A DNA stretch of 31,500 nt from Synergistales bacterium Syner_01 (GCA_001604435.1 LVBO01000142.1:1-31500); one strand, 5' to 3'; shown: positions 18,335 through 26,945, numbered from the stretch's first letter. Numbers and translations: made by a program. Notes: generated by a model not told the origin, from the sequence alone.

Positions 18335-18895
18335 TCACCTCCACGAAACCTGAACGGACTGCAACTCGGAAGCGTCCTCGGCCGCCCACATGGAGCGCGG
18401 TTCGTACCCCAGCCGCCGCGAGATCAGATTGTTCGGGAAGACGTCGATAGCGATGTTGAAGGCCTTGACGGCGTCGTTGTAGTACTGGCGGGCGAACGCG
18501 ATCTTGTTCTCCGTCGAGGCCAGCTCCTCCTGAAGCGCGAGAAAGTTCCGGTTCGCCTTCAGCTCGGGGTAGTTCTCCGAGACGGCGAAAAGAGATTTCA
18601 ACGCGCCCGTCAGCTGATTCTGCAGCGGAGCGGCCTGTTCTGGAGAGGTCGCCGAAAGCGCGGCGCTCCGTAAAGCGGCGATGCGTTCGAATACTTCCCT
18701 CTCATGCGTCGCGTACCCCTTCACCGTCTCCACAAGGTTCGGGATCAGGTCGTACCGCCGTTTCAACTGGACGTCGATCTGGCTCCATCCGTTCTCGACG
18801 CTCGCCTTTCTGCGCACAAGGGTATTGTAGATGTAGACGGCATACACAACGATTCCCGCCGCCAGCGCGACGAAAAGATACAGTCCGTTTCCCAT
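18335..18895 (-). CDS. lemA: LemA family protein
   Basis: N-terminal TM; WSQIDVQLKRRYDLIPNLVETVKGY; ENYPELKAN; RQYYNDAV. Confidence 0.95.
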   Translation of the reverse strand: MGNGLYLFVALAAGIVVYAVYIYNTLVRRKASVENGWSQIDVQLKRRYDLIPNLVETVKGYATHEREVFERIAALRSAALSATSPEQAAPLQNQLTGALKSLFAVSENYPELKANRNFLALQEELASTENKIAFARQYYNDAVKAFNIAIDVFPNNLISRRLGYEPRSMWAAEDASELQSVQVSWR

Positions 18896-18954
18896 AGGCC
18901 GCAGTCCCCCTTCCTGACAGGATGTACTCTAAAAATCATTATACACCAGCCGCT

Positions 18955-19773
18955 TTATCCAAGATGGCGAGGAAGATGTTCTTTGAAGAGTTCGTAGACG
19001 CGCCGTGTGACCGGCCCGGGGTTTCCGTTCCCGATGACGGTGTCGCCCACTTTGGTTACGGGCGTCACCTCTTTCACGCTTCCGGTGATGAACGCCTCCG
19101 TCAGATCGGGCAGCTCGTCGAGCTTCATGCAGCGGTACTCGACGTTGAGCCCTTCTTCCCTGGCGAGGCCGATGACGACCTCCCTCGTGATGCCTCGAAG
19201 CACTCGATGGTCCGGCGCCGTGATCAGGTTGTCCATCGCAACGCCGAAGAAGCTGCTCGTGGCGGATTCCGTGATCTCTCCGTCCGCGCAGTGGAGCGCC
19301 TCGAACGTCCCCGGAAGGTGGTTTTTATACGCGTTCATGTAATTGATGGATTTTACCCTGAACAGCTGCCGCGCTTCCGGAAGAAGGGAGAGCGCGACTC
19401 CTTTCGTGAAGAACTCCTCGGGCACGGGAGCGACGGGCGAGAAGATCGCCAGAAAACGCGGCGAAGGAAACGAACCGTACTCTTCGACGTCCCCGCCGGT
19501 CAGGAAGATCTTCGCGAGCGCGTCCCCCTCGAAACGCGACAACCCCTCCCGGACGATATCCCCTATCTCGTCCGAAGAGAGCGGCATCGCGATGCGCGAA
19601 AGCCGCGCCGAGTTCGAAAATCTTTCCAGATGGGCGGAAAGAGCAAAAGGACGACCGCCGTAGCTTCGCACGCTGTCGAAAACCGCCACGCCGCGCTGCA
19701 GCGCGAGGTCGGAAACGGGAAGTGCCGCCTGGTCCCCATCCAGAAACACCCCGTTCATGAAACAAAATACCAT
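18955..19773 (-). CDS. PLP-dependent aminotransferase class IV (D-amino acid transaminase-like)
   Basis: RGVAVFD, HLERF, catalytic K in VKSINY, EITES, LRGITR, EAFITGS; start at ATG19773 (GAGGTG SD). Confidence 0.9.
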   Translation of the reverse strand: MVFCFMNGVFLDGDQAALPVSDLALQRGVAVFDSVRSYGGRPFALSAHLERFSNSARLSRIAMPLSSDEIGDIVREGLSRFEGDALAKIFLTGGDVEEYGSFPSPRFLAIFSPVAPVPEEFFTKGVALSLLPEARQLFRVKSINYMNAYKNHLPGTFEALHCADGEITESATSSFFGVAMDNLITAPDHRVLRGITREVVIGLAREEGLNVEYRCMKLDELPDLTEAFITGSVKEVTPVTKVGDTVIGNGNPGPVTRRVYELFKEHLPRHLG

Positions 19774-19882
19774 GTTGGAAAGCACCTCGATTATGTAAAA
19801 AATATGTTCGGTTGATTGCACTATCCTAACATCAGTGCGCGAGAAGCTCAATGCCGAATCGGCGTTTTCAGCGAAGAAGAAT

Positions 19883-19912
19883 AAAAAAAGACCGCTCGAT
19901 TCAGCGGTCTTT
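19883..19912 (-). terminator. Intrinsic terminator of tRNA-Gln/Glu operon
   Basis: AAAGACCGCT/AGCGGTCTTT perfect 10-bp inverted repeat with T-run on the minus strand. Confidence 0.75.
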
Positions 19913-19947
19913 CAATGTATAACGCCGCACATTAGTACGGTTTATTT

Positions 19948-20023
19948 TGGTAGCCCCAACGGGATTCGAACCCGTGTTTTAACCTTGAGAGGGTTACGAC
20001 CTAGGCCACTAGTCGATGGGGCC
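19948..20023 (-). tRNA. tRNA-Glu(CTC)
   Basis: Minus strand GGCCCCATCG...TAACC-CTCTCAA-GGTTA...GGTTCGAATCCCGTTGGGGCTACCA. Confidence 0.96.
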
Positions 20024-20034
20024 ACTATCTTGCT

Positions 20035-20108
20035 TGGCTGGGGAACCTGGATTCGAACCAAGATTACCTGATCCAGAGTCAGGCGTCCTGCCATTGGACG
20101 ATTCCCCA
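20035..20108 (-). tRNA. tRNA-Gln(CTG)
   Basis: Minus strand TGGGGAA...CCTGA-CTCTGGA-TCAGG...GGTTCGAATCCAGGTTCCCCAGCCA. Confidence 0.96.
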
Positions 20109-20144
20109 ACTTCGAGCACGCGCATTTTCTCGTGTGCGGGGTAC

Positions 20145-20172
20145 ATGATACCAGAAATCCGGCGTTTGACAA
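20145..20172 (-). promoter_or_regulatory. Promoter of tRNA-Gln/Glu operon
   Basis: Minus strand TTGTCA-16nt-TATCAT with TGn extension, about 37 nt upstream of tRNA-Gln. Confidence 0.65.
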
Positions 20173-20272
20173 GGGGGGGAGGGTGAATGAAAAAGACTTA
20201 GTATTTGAACAAAGCAAAGCGAAAAAATTGCGCAGGCGTTTTGCTTTCTAAAAAGCAGCTTCAGCCTCCGGA

Positions 20273-20448
20273 TCGCGTATCGTTTTCAGTTTGTACATCC
20301 TCCGGCTCCGGCAGTCCTGACCGAACATGTACGGCAAGGCGATTCGGAAGGGGCATACTCAATGGTACCGCAAGTACCGGCTCTCTCAAGCTTTGATGCC
20401 GATAATCGGAATCCCGGACCGGAATTCCTCCTTTATGATGGTACGCGA
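20273..20448 (+). ncRNA. Candidate structured RNA, possibly 6S RNA
   Basis: About 176 nt rod: 12-bp terminal helix TCGCGTATCGTT/GATGGTACGCGA (3 GU pairs, favouring the + strand), helix TCCGG(C)TCCGG/CCGGACCGGA, internal loops; contains AGTCCTGACCGAAC resembling the B. subtilis 6S-1 pRNA template; no convincing ORF. Ends uncertain. Confidence 0.5.
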
Positions 20449-20557
20449 CGATGAGTTTTCCCCGCAAAGGCGGTACAATACAGAAACGGTTCCGCTACGC
20501 TTCCTTTGAGGGCGTCGGAGCGTCTCAAGAGAAACGAGAGGATCGAGAGGATCGCTT

Positions 20558-21127
20558 ATGATGTATTGGTGGAGAAATGGTGTATTCCGTATGCTGATTA
20601 TGCTCGCGACGGCGGTGTCCTGCGTGTGCGTTCCTTGTATCGCCGCATCTTCCCTGCCGCAGGAAAAAACCCCGAATGCTTCCGAGGTCTCCGTTTCTCA
20701 GGGGATCGCGAAGTTGGGGTTTTTATGGCCTCTGTTCGTGCCCGGAACGGTGACAAGCCGCTTCGGACAGAGGACGCACCCGATCACCAAGGAGGCGGAT
20801 TACCATATGGGCGTGGATATTCATGTTCCTCACGGAGCCCCTATTCGAGCGGCCAAAGCGGGAACGGTGATTTTCTCCGGTCCGCGGGGAGGGTACGGGA
20901 ACGCGATCATCATCCAGCACGATGCGAAAAGCTCCTCCTTATACGCTCACTGCTCCCGCCTTCACGTCAAGCGAGGGAGGAAGGTGCATCAAGGACAGGT
21001 GATCGCCGCGGTCGGCGAGACGGGAAGGGCGACGGGGCCGCACCTTCATTTCGAGATACGCACGGGCGGAGGCGCGGTCAATCCGCTGGAGTTCTGGAAG
21101 AAGCACGCGGAAACATCGGCGCGGTAA
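20558..21127 (+). CDS. M23 family metallopeptidase, N-terminal signal/anchor
   Basis: TSRFGQR-HP, HMGVD (HxxxD), YAHC, TGPHLHFEI (HxH). Confidence 0.93.
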   Translation: MMYWWRNGVFRMLIMLATAVSCVCVPCIAASSLPQEKTPNASEVSVSQGIAKLGFLWPLFVPGTVTSRFGQRTHPITKEADYHMGVDIHVPHGAPIRAAKAGTVIFSGPRGGYGNAIIIQHDAKSSSLYAHCSRLHVKRGRKVHQGQVIAAVGETGRATGPHLHFEIRTGGGAVNPLEFWKKHAETSAR

Positions 21128-21206
21128 AAACGTAGGGAGGGTACCTCGTTCTTCCCGCTTTCAAGGCGGTTCGCCCGGAGTCTTGATCCGCCGGCGTATG
21201 CTCTTT

Positions 21207-22529
21207 TTACCGCAGTATCGCCGTTTCTTCGAGCAGAGGGCTGCGACTCAGACTGTTCGGGAGGAGCAGTCTGCCGGTGAGCACCGGGTTGTACAGGCGG
21301 TACCAGAGTCCGTCCGCCAGGTCGACGCCCGCGTGTGCGTACGCTCTCCAAATAAGCTCGGTGCAGTAAAGCCTGCCGCGGTCTCCGTCGTCGAACGCGG
21401 TGTCGAACGGCACGCGCGCTTCGTAGTACTCCAGGGCTTTCCTGCTCGCTTTTTCGGCGGCGCCGGGATTTCCCTTCACGCGATACATGCTCGCCCTGTC
21501 CACCTTTTCAGGGGAGAGAAACGCCGCCGTGCTTTCCATCTGCACCTGTTCGGCGTCGGGAGATGCGTGGACGATGAACGGGACGCCGTCGATCATTCTG
21601 ACGATGCCCGTATGTGAAAAGACGTCCGTTCCGTCCTCCAGAAGATTGACGATCTTGCTCCGCCACGTTTTCCCTCCGACGAACACGATATCTCCGTTCC
21701 TGAACTGATCGGCGGGAATGGTGAACGACTCCGGGAAGTATGTGGAAAAGGGGTGTTCCCGGTTGCGGACGTAGCTGTAGCGTATTCCTCCCACAGGCCG
21801 CGGGGGCGTTGCGGTCGACGCAAGGAGCTTCCCTTCGCCGACGGAGAGGCGCGAGATCGTCAGCGGGAGAAGAAAGCCGTCGAAGTCGATGATGGGTTGA
21901 AGCCGGTCGATGTCTCTTTGAAAAAGAACCGTTTTGTCCTCGCCGTTGATGCGTATCTCCGGACTTTTCAGCATAACGCGCTTCCCGCCTCGGAGTTCGA
22001 GCCTCGTCGTTATTCCCGCAAGAAGGGAGAAGCCCGTTGTTCCGGGCCGGTAGCGCCCCTGAACGGAAAACACCCCCGACGCCAGCTCCGCGGAGATTCG
22101 GCTCCAACTCCCGGAAGCGTATGTCTTCAGGGTTTCCAGGATATCCCGTTCGTCGATCATGAGTTCGAAGTTGCTCCGCAGCGCGTCGAGCACCCGGAAG
22201 GAGCGCCGGGCGCCGCGAATCCACTCCGAGGGGGGATTGAGCTGTACGAACGCCGACTCGATGTTCAACCGTTCGATGCGCAAACCTCCGAGAGAGCCGC
22301 CGTGGAGAGAAAGAAAAACGGCCCGGACCGCGCCGTCGTCGTCTGGAGGCGCATCCATTTCCAGTTCCAGGGAGTCCGGATCGGTGAGCGAGACCAGAAG
22401 CGCGAGCAGCCTCTCTCCGTTGCTTGCGGGGATGAACTCGCCGGAAAACGCGCGGCGGGTCTGCTCCGCAGCTGCGGAGAACGGGCTGAAGAGAAAGAAA
22501 CATACGAGGAGAAAGAATGTTTTTTTCAC
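21207..22529 (-). CDS. Secreted protein: DUF2993/LmeA-like N-domain fused to permuted NlpC/P60 (YiiX/YaeF, C92) amidase domain
   Basis: Signal peptide MKKTFFLL...AAA-E; C-terminal GDIVF...SHTG...PFDTAF...YCTELIWRAY (His before Cys); N-domain assignment less certain. Confidence 0.78.
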   Translation of the reverse strand: MKKTFFLLVCFFLFSPFSAAAEQTRRAFSGEFIPASNGERLLALLVSLTDPDSLELEMDAPPDDDGAVRAVFLSLHGGSLGGLRIERLNIESAFVQLNPPSEWIRGARRSFRVLDALRSNFELMIDERDILETLKTYASGSWSRISAELASGVFSVQGRYRPGTTGFSLLAGITTRLELRGGKRVMLKSPEIRINGEDKTVLFQRDIDRLQPIIDFDGFLLPLTISRLSVGEGKLLASTATPPRPVGGIRYSYVRNREHPFSTYFPESFTIPADQFRNGDIVFVGGKTWRSKIVNLLEDGTDVFSHTGIVRMIDGVPFIVHASPDAEQVQMESTAAFLSPEKVDRASMYRVKGNPGAAEKASRKALEYYEARVPFDTAFDDGDRGRLYCTELIWRAYAHAGVDLADGLWYRLYNPVLTGRLLLPNSLSRSPLLEETAILR

Positions 22530-22814
22530 GCGGATTTCCCCCTATCGGCGATGCGGAGACGTGGACGGCTTCGCGTATCCGTTGTGCTTCCCGGAAAAAA
22601 CGTCCATACGTGTTTTTGTGTCGCGCAAAAAAAGAATTCTGTAGTATTGTATCAGAGAACTGTATTCGAGGCGAAGCGCGTGTATTATAATGACACTTCC
22701 TTGTCCCCGGGAAAAGAGTGCGCGGGGAGAGGGTCCAACGTTCATGCCGGGTGACGCCGGAATGCCTGCTCCGGCGATCGGTCCGGGATTTCGAGGATGG
22801 CGAGGTGGTGTGTA

Positions 22815-23354
22815 TTGAGGATCTTGTTTGTCGACGGGAATCCAAGCGCGGAAGACGACGTTTTCGGCGAGCGTCTTGCGGCGATGGAGCACGCTGTTGG
22901 GGGGCACGATGTCACGAGCTTCTGTCTCCGGGGTAAGGCGATTCATTCCTGCATCGGCTGTTTTGCGTGCTGGATACGCACGCCCGGAACATGTATCTTT
23001 CAGGATGATCACGTCGAGCTGCTGTGTTCGTTTCTGAAATCGGATGTTGCCGTTTTCGCCTCTCCCATGATCGCGGGTTTTTACTCCGCGCTTCTGAAGA
23101 CGGCGATCGACCGTGTCATCCCGCTTGCTCTGCCGTACATCGAGCTGGCGGACGGGGAGTGCCGTCACCCTCTTCGCTACGGTCGTTCCATGCCGAAGCT
23201 GGCGTTTCTGTACGAGCCGGAGGAAGATACGGACGCGGAGGATCTCCGGATCGTGTCCACGGCGTTCGAGCGCTTCGCCCGCAACGGGCACACGCGTTTT
23301 CTGTTCGCCCGGCCCTTGAGCGACAAGTCCGGAGGAGGTGCGCCATGCGATTGA
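22815..23354 (+). CDS. Flavodoxin-fold / iron-sulfur flavoprotein (Isf)-like protein
   Basis: CIGCFACWIRTPGTC (CX2CX2CX7C), FASPM, LLKTAIDR; TTG start with GAGGTGG SD. Confidence 0.85.
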   Translation: MRILFVDGNPSAEDDVFGERLAAMEHAVGGHDVTSFCLRGKAIHSCIGCFACWIRTPGTCIFQDDHVELLCSFLKSDVAVFASPMIAGFYSALLKTAIDRVIPLALPYIELADGECRHPLRYGRSMPKLAFLYEPEEDTDAEDLRIVSTAFERFARNGHTRFLFARPLSDKSGGGAPCD

Positions 23355-24013
23355 ACATCTTTAACTGTTCTCCGCGCGGCAAGAGGAGCAACACCAGGGT
23401 GCTTGCAGGAGCTTTTGCGGAGGGATTTCTTGAAACGGAAGGCCCTTATGGGCAGAACGAAGTGCGTGAGTATTTCATTTCGGATCCCGGTGAATTCCGG
23501 CTGGCTTCGGAGGTTTTCGGGGAACCTTGCGTCGCGCTGATCGCCTTCCCGATCTACGTGGACGCGATGCCCGCGATCGCGAAATCCTTCATCGAGGAGA
23601 TCGCCGCCTACAAGGGGCGCTGTTCGTCGACCAGAATGCTCTTTCTTATTCAGTCGGGATTTCCGGAGGAAACGCATACTCGGCCGATGAAGGCGTACCT
23701 CGAAAAACTGGCGAAACGCCTCGGCGCCCCTTGCGACGGAGTCATCAGGATGGGCGGCGGCGAGGGGGCGCGGGACCGTGTGCGCGGATCGAAGAGCGGC
23801 GGAAAGATGTTCGAACGCTACCGGATGCTCGGCAGAGGGTATGCTGCGAACGCTGTTCTCGACGAGGCGATCCTTGCGAAGCTCGCAGGGCCGAAGCGCC
23901 TTCCCGCGCTGTTGGCGCCGCTCGTTTTGCCGCTGGCGAACTTTTTTTTCTGGGACAGGGAGCTGAAACGGAACGACGCGTTCGGAAAACGCTTCGACAA
24001 GCCGCTGGAGTGA
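23345..24013 (+). CDS. Flavodoxin-fold NAD(P)H-dependent oxidoreductase
   Basis: FNCSPRGKRSNT FMN-phosphate loop, FPIYVDAMPA, FLIQSGFPE; overlaps upstream gene by 10 nt. Confidence 0.85.
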   Translation: MRLNIFNCSPRGKRSNTRVLAGAFAEGFLETEGPYGQNEVREYFISDPGEFRLASEVFGEPCVALIAFPIYVDAMPAIAKSFIEEIAAYKGRCSSTRMLFLIQSGFPEETHTRPMKAYLEKLAKRLGAPCDGVIRMGGGEGARDRVRGSKSGGKMFERYRMLGRGYAANAVLDEAILAKLAGPKRLPALLAPLVLPLANFFFWDRELKRNDAFGKRFDKPLE

Positions 24014-24055
24014 GCGAAAGGCTGTGAAGTCGCTTTTAGTGCGGGGGGATGCATA

Positions 24056-25198
24056 ATGATTACCGTCAGGCAGCTGTTCGACCTGCCGGTGTTTCAGGGA
24101 AGCGAAATTTTAGCCGGAGAAAAGGGAGTCGACCATCCTGTACGATGTATCGATATCGCGGAAGTTCCGGATCCTTCATTATGGCTTGATCCCGGCGTTT
24201 TTATTCTGACGACGGCGTACGCTTTTCATAAAGAAAAGAGATCGTTGATGTTTTTCCTTGAGAGCCTTGTAAGGAGCCGGGCTGCGGGGCTTGGTATCAA
24301 GCTCGGTCGTTTTCTCGACGAACTGCCCCGCGAGTTCGGCGAATACGCCGACAAATTCAACATGCCGGTGATCCTTCTGCCGTTGGAGCTTCGATACACT
24401 CACGCAATTCGCTCGGTTACCGAGGCGATTTTGAAGGATGAAGAAAGGGATCCGGATTTCTCCGATCTATCCGAGAGTTTGTCCAAACTTCTTTTTTGCG
24501 AATCGTACGAAGACGCTCTAGCAACCTTCGAGGCGGCCGGGATCTCGCGCTCGAGTAAGGGGGTAGTTCTGATGATAGCCGGGACCCCCTCCGAGACTGC
24601 GGTTCTTACCAGCGTCATCGCCGGGATAGTCCAAAGCGAAGGAGATCTTTTCGCCGTAGTGAGGACGTCGTCCGAGACTCTTATTCTTTCTCGTCCTTTC
24701 GTTCTTGAAGAACATGACTTTTCGAAAGCGGTGAAGTTCTTCCCTAAGGGGACATTTGTTACCTCGGGCGGCGAATATTCGCTTGAGGAAATCCGTTCTT
24801 CATATGAAGAAGCGAAATTGTGCAGGCGTCTATTGAAAATTTTCGCATCACCCGAGGGAGCGTACTCGAAAGCGGAGTTGGAGGTGTTTTTCCCTTTCCT
24901 CCAAGGCGAGAGCAGCGGTCTCCTGAAAGAAAACGCACTGCGGCTGCTGAGCCCTGTCATCGAATACGATTCCGCGAATAGAGCCTCGTTGCTGCAAACG
25001 TTGTGGATGTTTATGCTGTGCGATTGCGATCACGCCAAAACCGCCCAGAGGCTCCATCTTCACCGCAACTCGCTTCGTTATCGCTTGGCAAAAATCCGCC
25101 GTCTGCTTCCGGAGAATAGTTTAAACGGAGTGGCCTTTCATAGACTGTTCCTCGCGCTTATGATCTACTTTGCGCACTGTGCACCCTGCACAAATTGA
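24056..25198 (+). CDS. PucR-family transcriptional regulator
   Basis: N-terminal PucR sensor (ILAGEKGVDHPV..EVPD..W...LTT), C-terminal HTH (YD...LLQTL...TAQRLHLHRNSLRYRL). Confidence 0.93.
   Translation: MITVRQLFDLPVFQGSEILAGEKGVDHPVRCIDIAEVPDPSLWLDPGVFILTTAYAFHKEKRSLMFFLESLVRSRAAGLGIKLGRFLDELPREFGEYADKFNMPVILLPLELRYTHAIRSVTEAILKDEERDPDFSDLSESLSKLLFCESYEDALATFEAAGISRSSKGVVLMIAGTPSETAVLTSVIAGIVQSEGDLFAVVRTSSETLILSRPFVLEEHDFSKAVKFFPKGTFVTSGGEYSLEEIRSSYEEAKLCRRLLKIFASPEGAYSKAELEVFFPFLQGESSGLLKENALRLLSPVIEYDSANRASLLQTLWMFMLCDCDHAKTAQRLHLHRNSLRYRLAKIRRLLPENSLNGVAFHRLFLALMIYFAHCAPCTN
25177..25193. promoter_or_regulatory. Candidate PucR-family operator (inverted repeat)
   Basis: CTGTGC-N5-GCACAA overlapping last regulator codons, about 110 nt upstream of the OPT start; extra half-site TTGTGC at 25210-25215. 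Confidence 0.55.
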
Positions 25199-25301
25199 AA
25201 TCCGCGCTTTTGTGCTCGCCAATAGGCGGAAAGTCTTGTATTGCTGAACTCTTCATATCGTATCCTTATCTTCAAATTTTCTATCATGAGGAGGATATGT
25301 T

Positions 25302-26945
25302 ATGGAGGTGCGAAAGGAACATGTCAAAGCGCTTGAAATCAGGACGATAGTTCTTAGTATCTTGGTATCCGCCGCTTCGGCGGTCATCTGTATGCAGATA
25401 ATCTCTCGGATAGGCGTCACGCCGAATACTTCGATCATCGGCGCCCTTCTTGCGATGCTTTTGGCGCGTATGCCCATCGAGGGGATGAAATCGTTCCGTT
25501 CGCTGGACCGACAAAATCTGGTGCAAACGATGACCTCCGGCGCCGGCTTCGCGGCCGCCAATTGTACGCTCCTTTCGGTCTCCATTTTTTACGCGTACGG
25601 AGAGTTGTCGCTCCTCTTCCCCATGCTGCTGGGAGCCGGTATAGCCACTCTGATCGGTATGCATCTTGTGTACCGGACATTCGATTCCGAACTTTTCCCG
25701 GCCGCCGGTTCCTGGCCTCCCGGTGTTGCGACGGCGCAGGCGCTGATCGCGGGCGACGAAGGTGGAAAGAAGGGCCGCAGTCTTCTCATCGCAATCATTC
25801 TTGGCGCGGTGGGAAGCAGCCGGCTTTTCGCGTTTCCGACACTGGGTATAGGAGGACTTCCGATGGCGGGTGTCGGTATCGCGTTCATCGCGAATGTGAC
25901 GGCGATGATTGCGCTTGCGATCGGACTCATCGTTCGAGGTTACTTCCCCGTTATTTCGACCTGGATTGCTCCCATTGCGGAGAGCATGGGGTTTGCAAGT
26001 CTTCCCGTCGATCTCGGGAAGACTTATATTCCACACGGTTTTATGATCGGCGCGGGCGCAATTACTCTCGTGCAGGCGTTGATGATCATTTTCAAAGACA
26101 AGAAAGGGGCTTCGACGAGCGGCGTTGTCGAGCGGTACGCAGTCTCCGCGGCCTTGTTGAAGAAGACTCTCTCCTACCATGTTCTCCTCTTTGCGGCGGG
26201 GGCGATCTCTTTGGCCGTTCTGAGCGGAATCTGGACGGAGATGTCTATCGAAAAATTGTTCCTCTGGATTGTATGGTGTACGTTCTCCGCAACCGTCGCG
26301 CCCGTTCTCGTCGGATTGTCGGCGATGCACTCCGGCTGGTTCCCCGGTTTCGCAGTTTCAATCATCTTCCTCAGTCTTGGTATCTTCATGCACTTCCCTT
26401 CCCACGCGCTTGTCCTTCTTACCGGATATGTCGCAAGCACGGGGCCATGTTTCGCCGATATGGGATACGATCTCAAAACGGGATGGATAATCCGCGGTCG
26501 GGGGGCCAACCCCGAGTATGAAATCGACGGACGTCGTCAACAGATGATCTCGGAGGTCATCGGCGGGGTCGTCGCTGTTGTTGTAACCGGGCTGTTGATG
26601 CGGATGCACTTCAAGCTGGATATGATTCCTCCCGTCAGTCGAGTGTTTGCTGCTACAGTGAAAGCGGGACTGCATCCTGAAATTTTAAGACAGTTGATTG
26701 TTGCAAGCGTTTTCGGCGCAGCGCTTCAGTTTGTGGGCGGAGCAAGGCGAGCCGTCGGAATCCTTTTCGCGACGGGTTTACTGATCAACAACCCGATCTA
26801 CGGAGTCGGTCTGCTTGTTGCGCTGTTGATTCGTTGGCCCTTGGAAAGAAAGTACAAGTCGGAACTGGAGATCTATGGCGGTGGTTTCGTCGCCGGCGAC
26901 GGGATCTACGGTTTCGTGAACGCGCTCGTACGGACGTTCGGCTAA
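25302..26945 (+). CDS. OPT/YSL-family oligopeptide transporter
   Basis: Highly hydrophobic 547 aa; GVTPNTSIIGA, QNLVQT, WPPGVATA, GPCFADMGYDLKTG, GFVAGDG; SD GAGGAGG. Confidence 0.9.
   Translation: MEVRKEHVKALEIRTIVLSILVSAASAVICMQIISRIGVTPNTSIIGALLAMLLARMPIEGMKSFRSLDRQNLVQTMTSGAGFAAANCTLLSVSIFYAYGELSLLFPMLLGAGIATLIGMHLVYRTFDSELFPAAGSWPPGVATAQALIAGDEGGKKGRSLLIAIILGAVGSSRLFAFPTLGIGGLPMAGVGIAFIANVTAMIALAIGLIVRGYFPVISTWIAPIAESMGFASLPVDLGKTYIPHGFMIGAGAITLVQALMIIFKDKKGASTSGVVERYAVSAALLKKTLSYHVLLFAAGAISLAVLSGIWTEMSIEKLFLWIVWCTFSATVAPVLVGLSAMHSGWFPGFAVSIIFLSLGIFMHFPSHALVLLTGYVASTGPCFADMGYDLKTGWIIRGRGANPEYEIDGRRQQMISEVIGGVVAVVVTGLLMRMHFKLDMIPPVSRVFAATVKAGLHPEILRQLIVASVFGAALQFVGGARRAVGILFATGLLINNPIYGVGLLVALLIRWPLERKYKSELEIYGGGFVAGDGIYGFVNALVRTFG

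Noticed and set aside
20363-20372. TGGTACCGC resembling a T-box antiterminator bulge
   Set aside because: No preceding GGG helix, no stem I AGUA/GA motifs or terminator, and the downstream gene is not amino-acid related; it sits in a local hairpin instead
20261-20509. Short ORFs 20261-20467(-), 20327-20509(+), 20205-20396(+)
   Set aside because: No SD-start pairing or recognisable motifs; the region is better explained as structured RNA
20535-20554. Tandem 9-bp repeat CGAGAGGAT x2 before the M23 gene
   Set aside because: Only two copies, just a duplicated SD-like sequence; not an array
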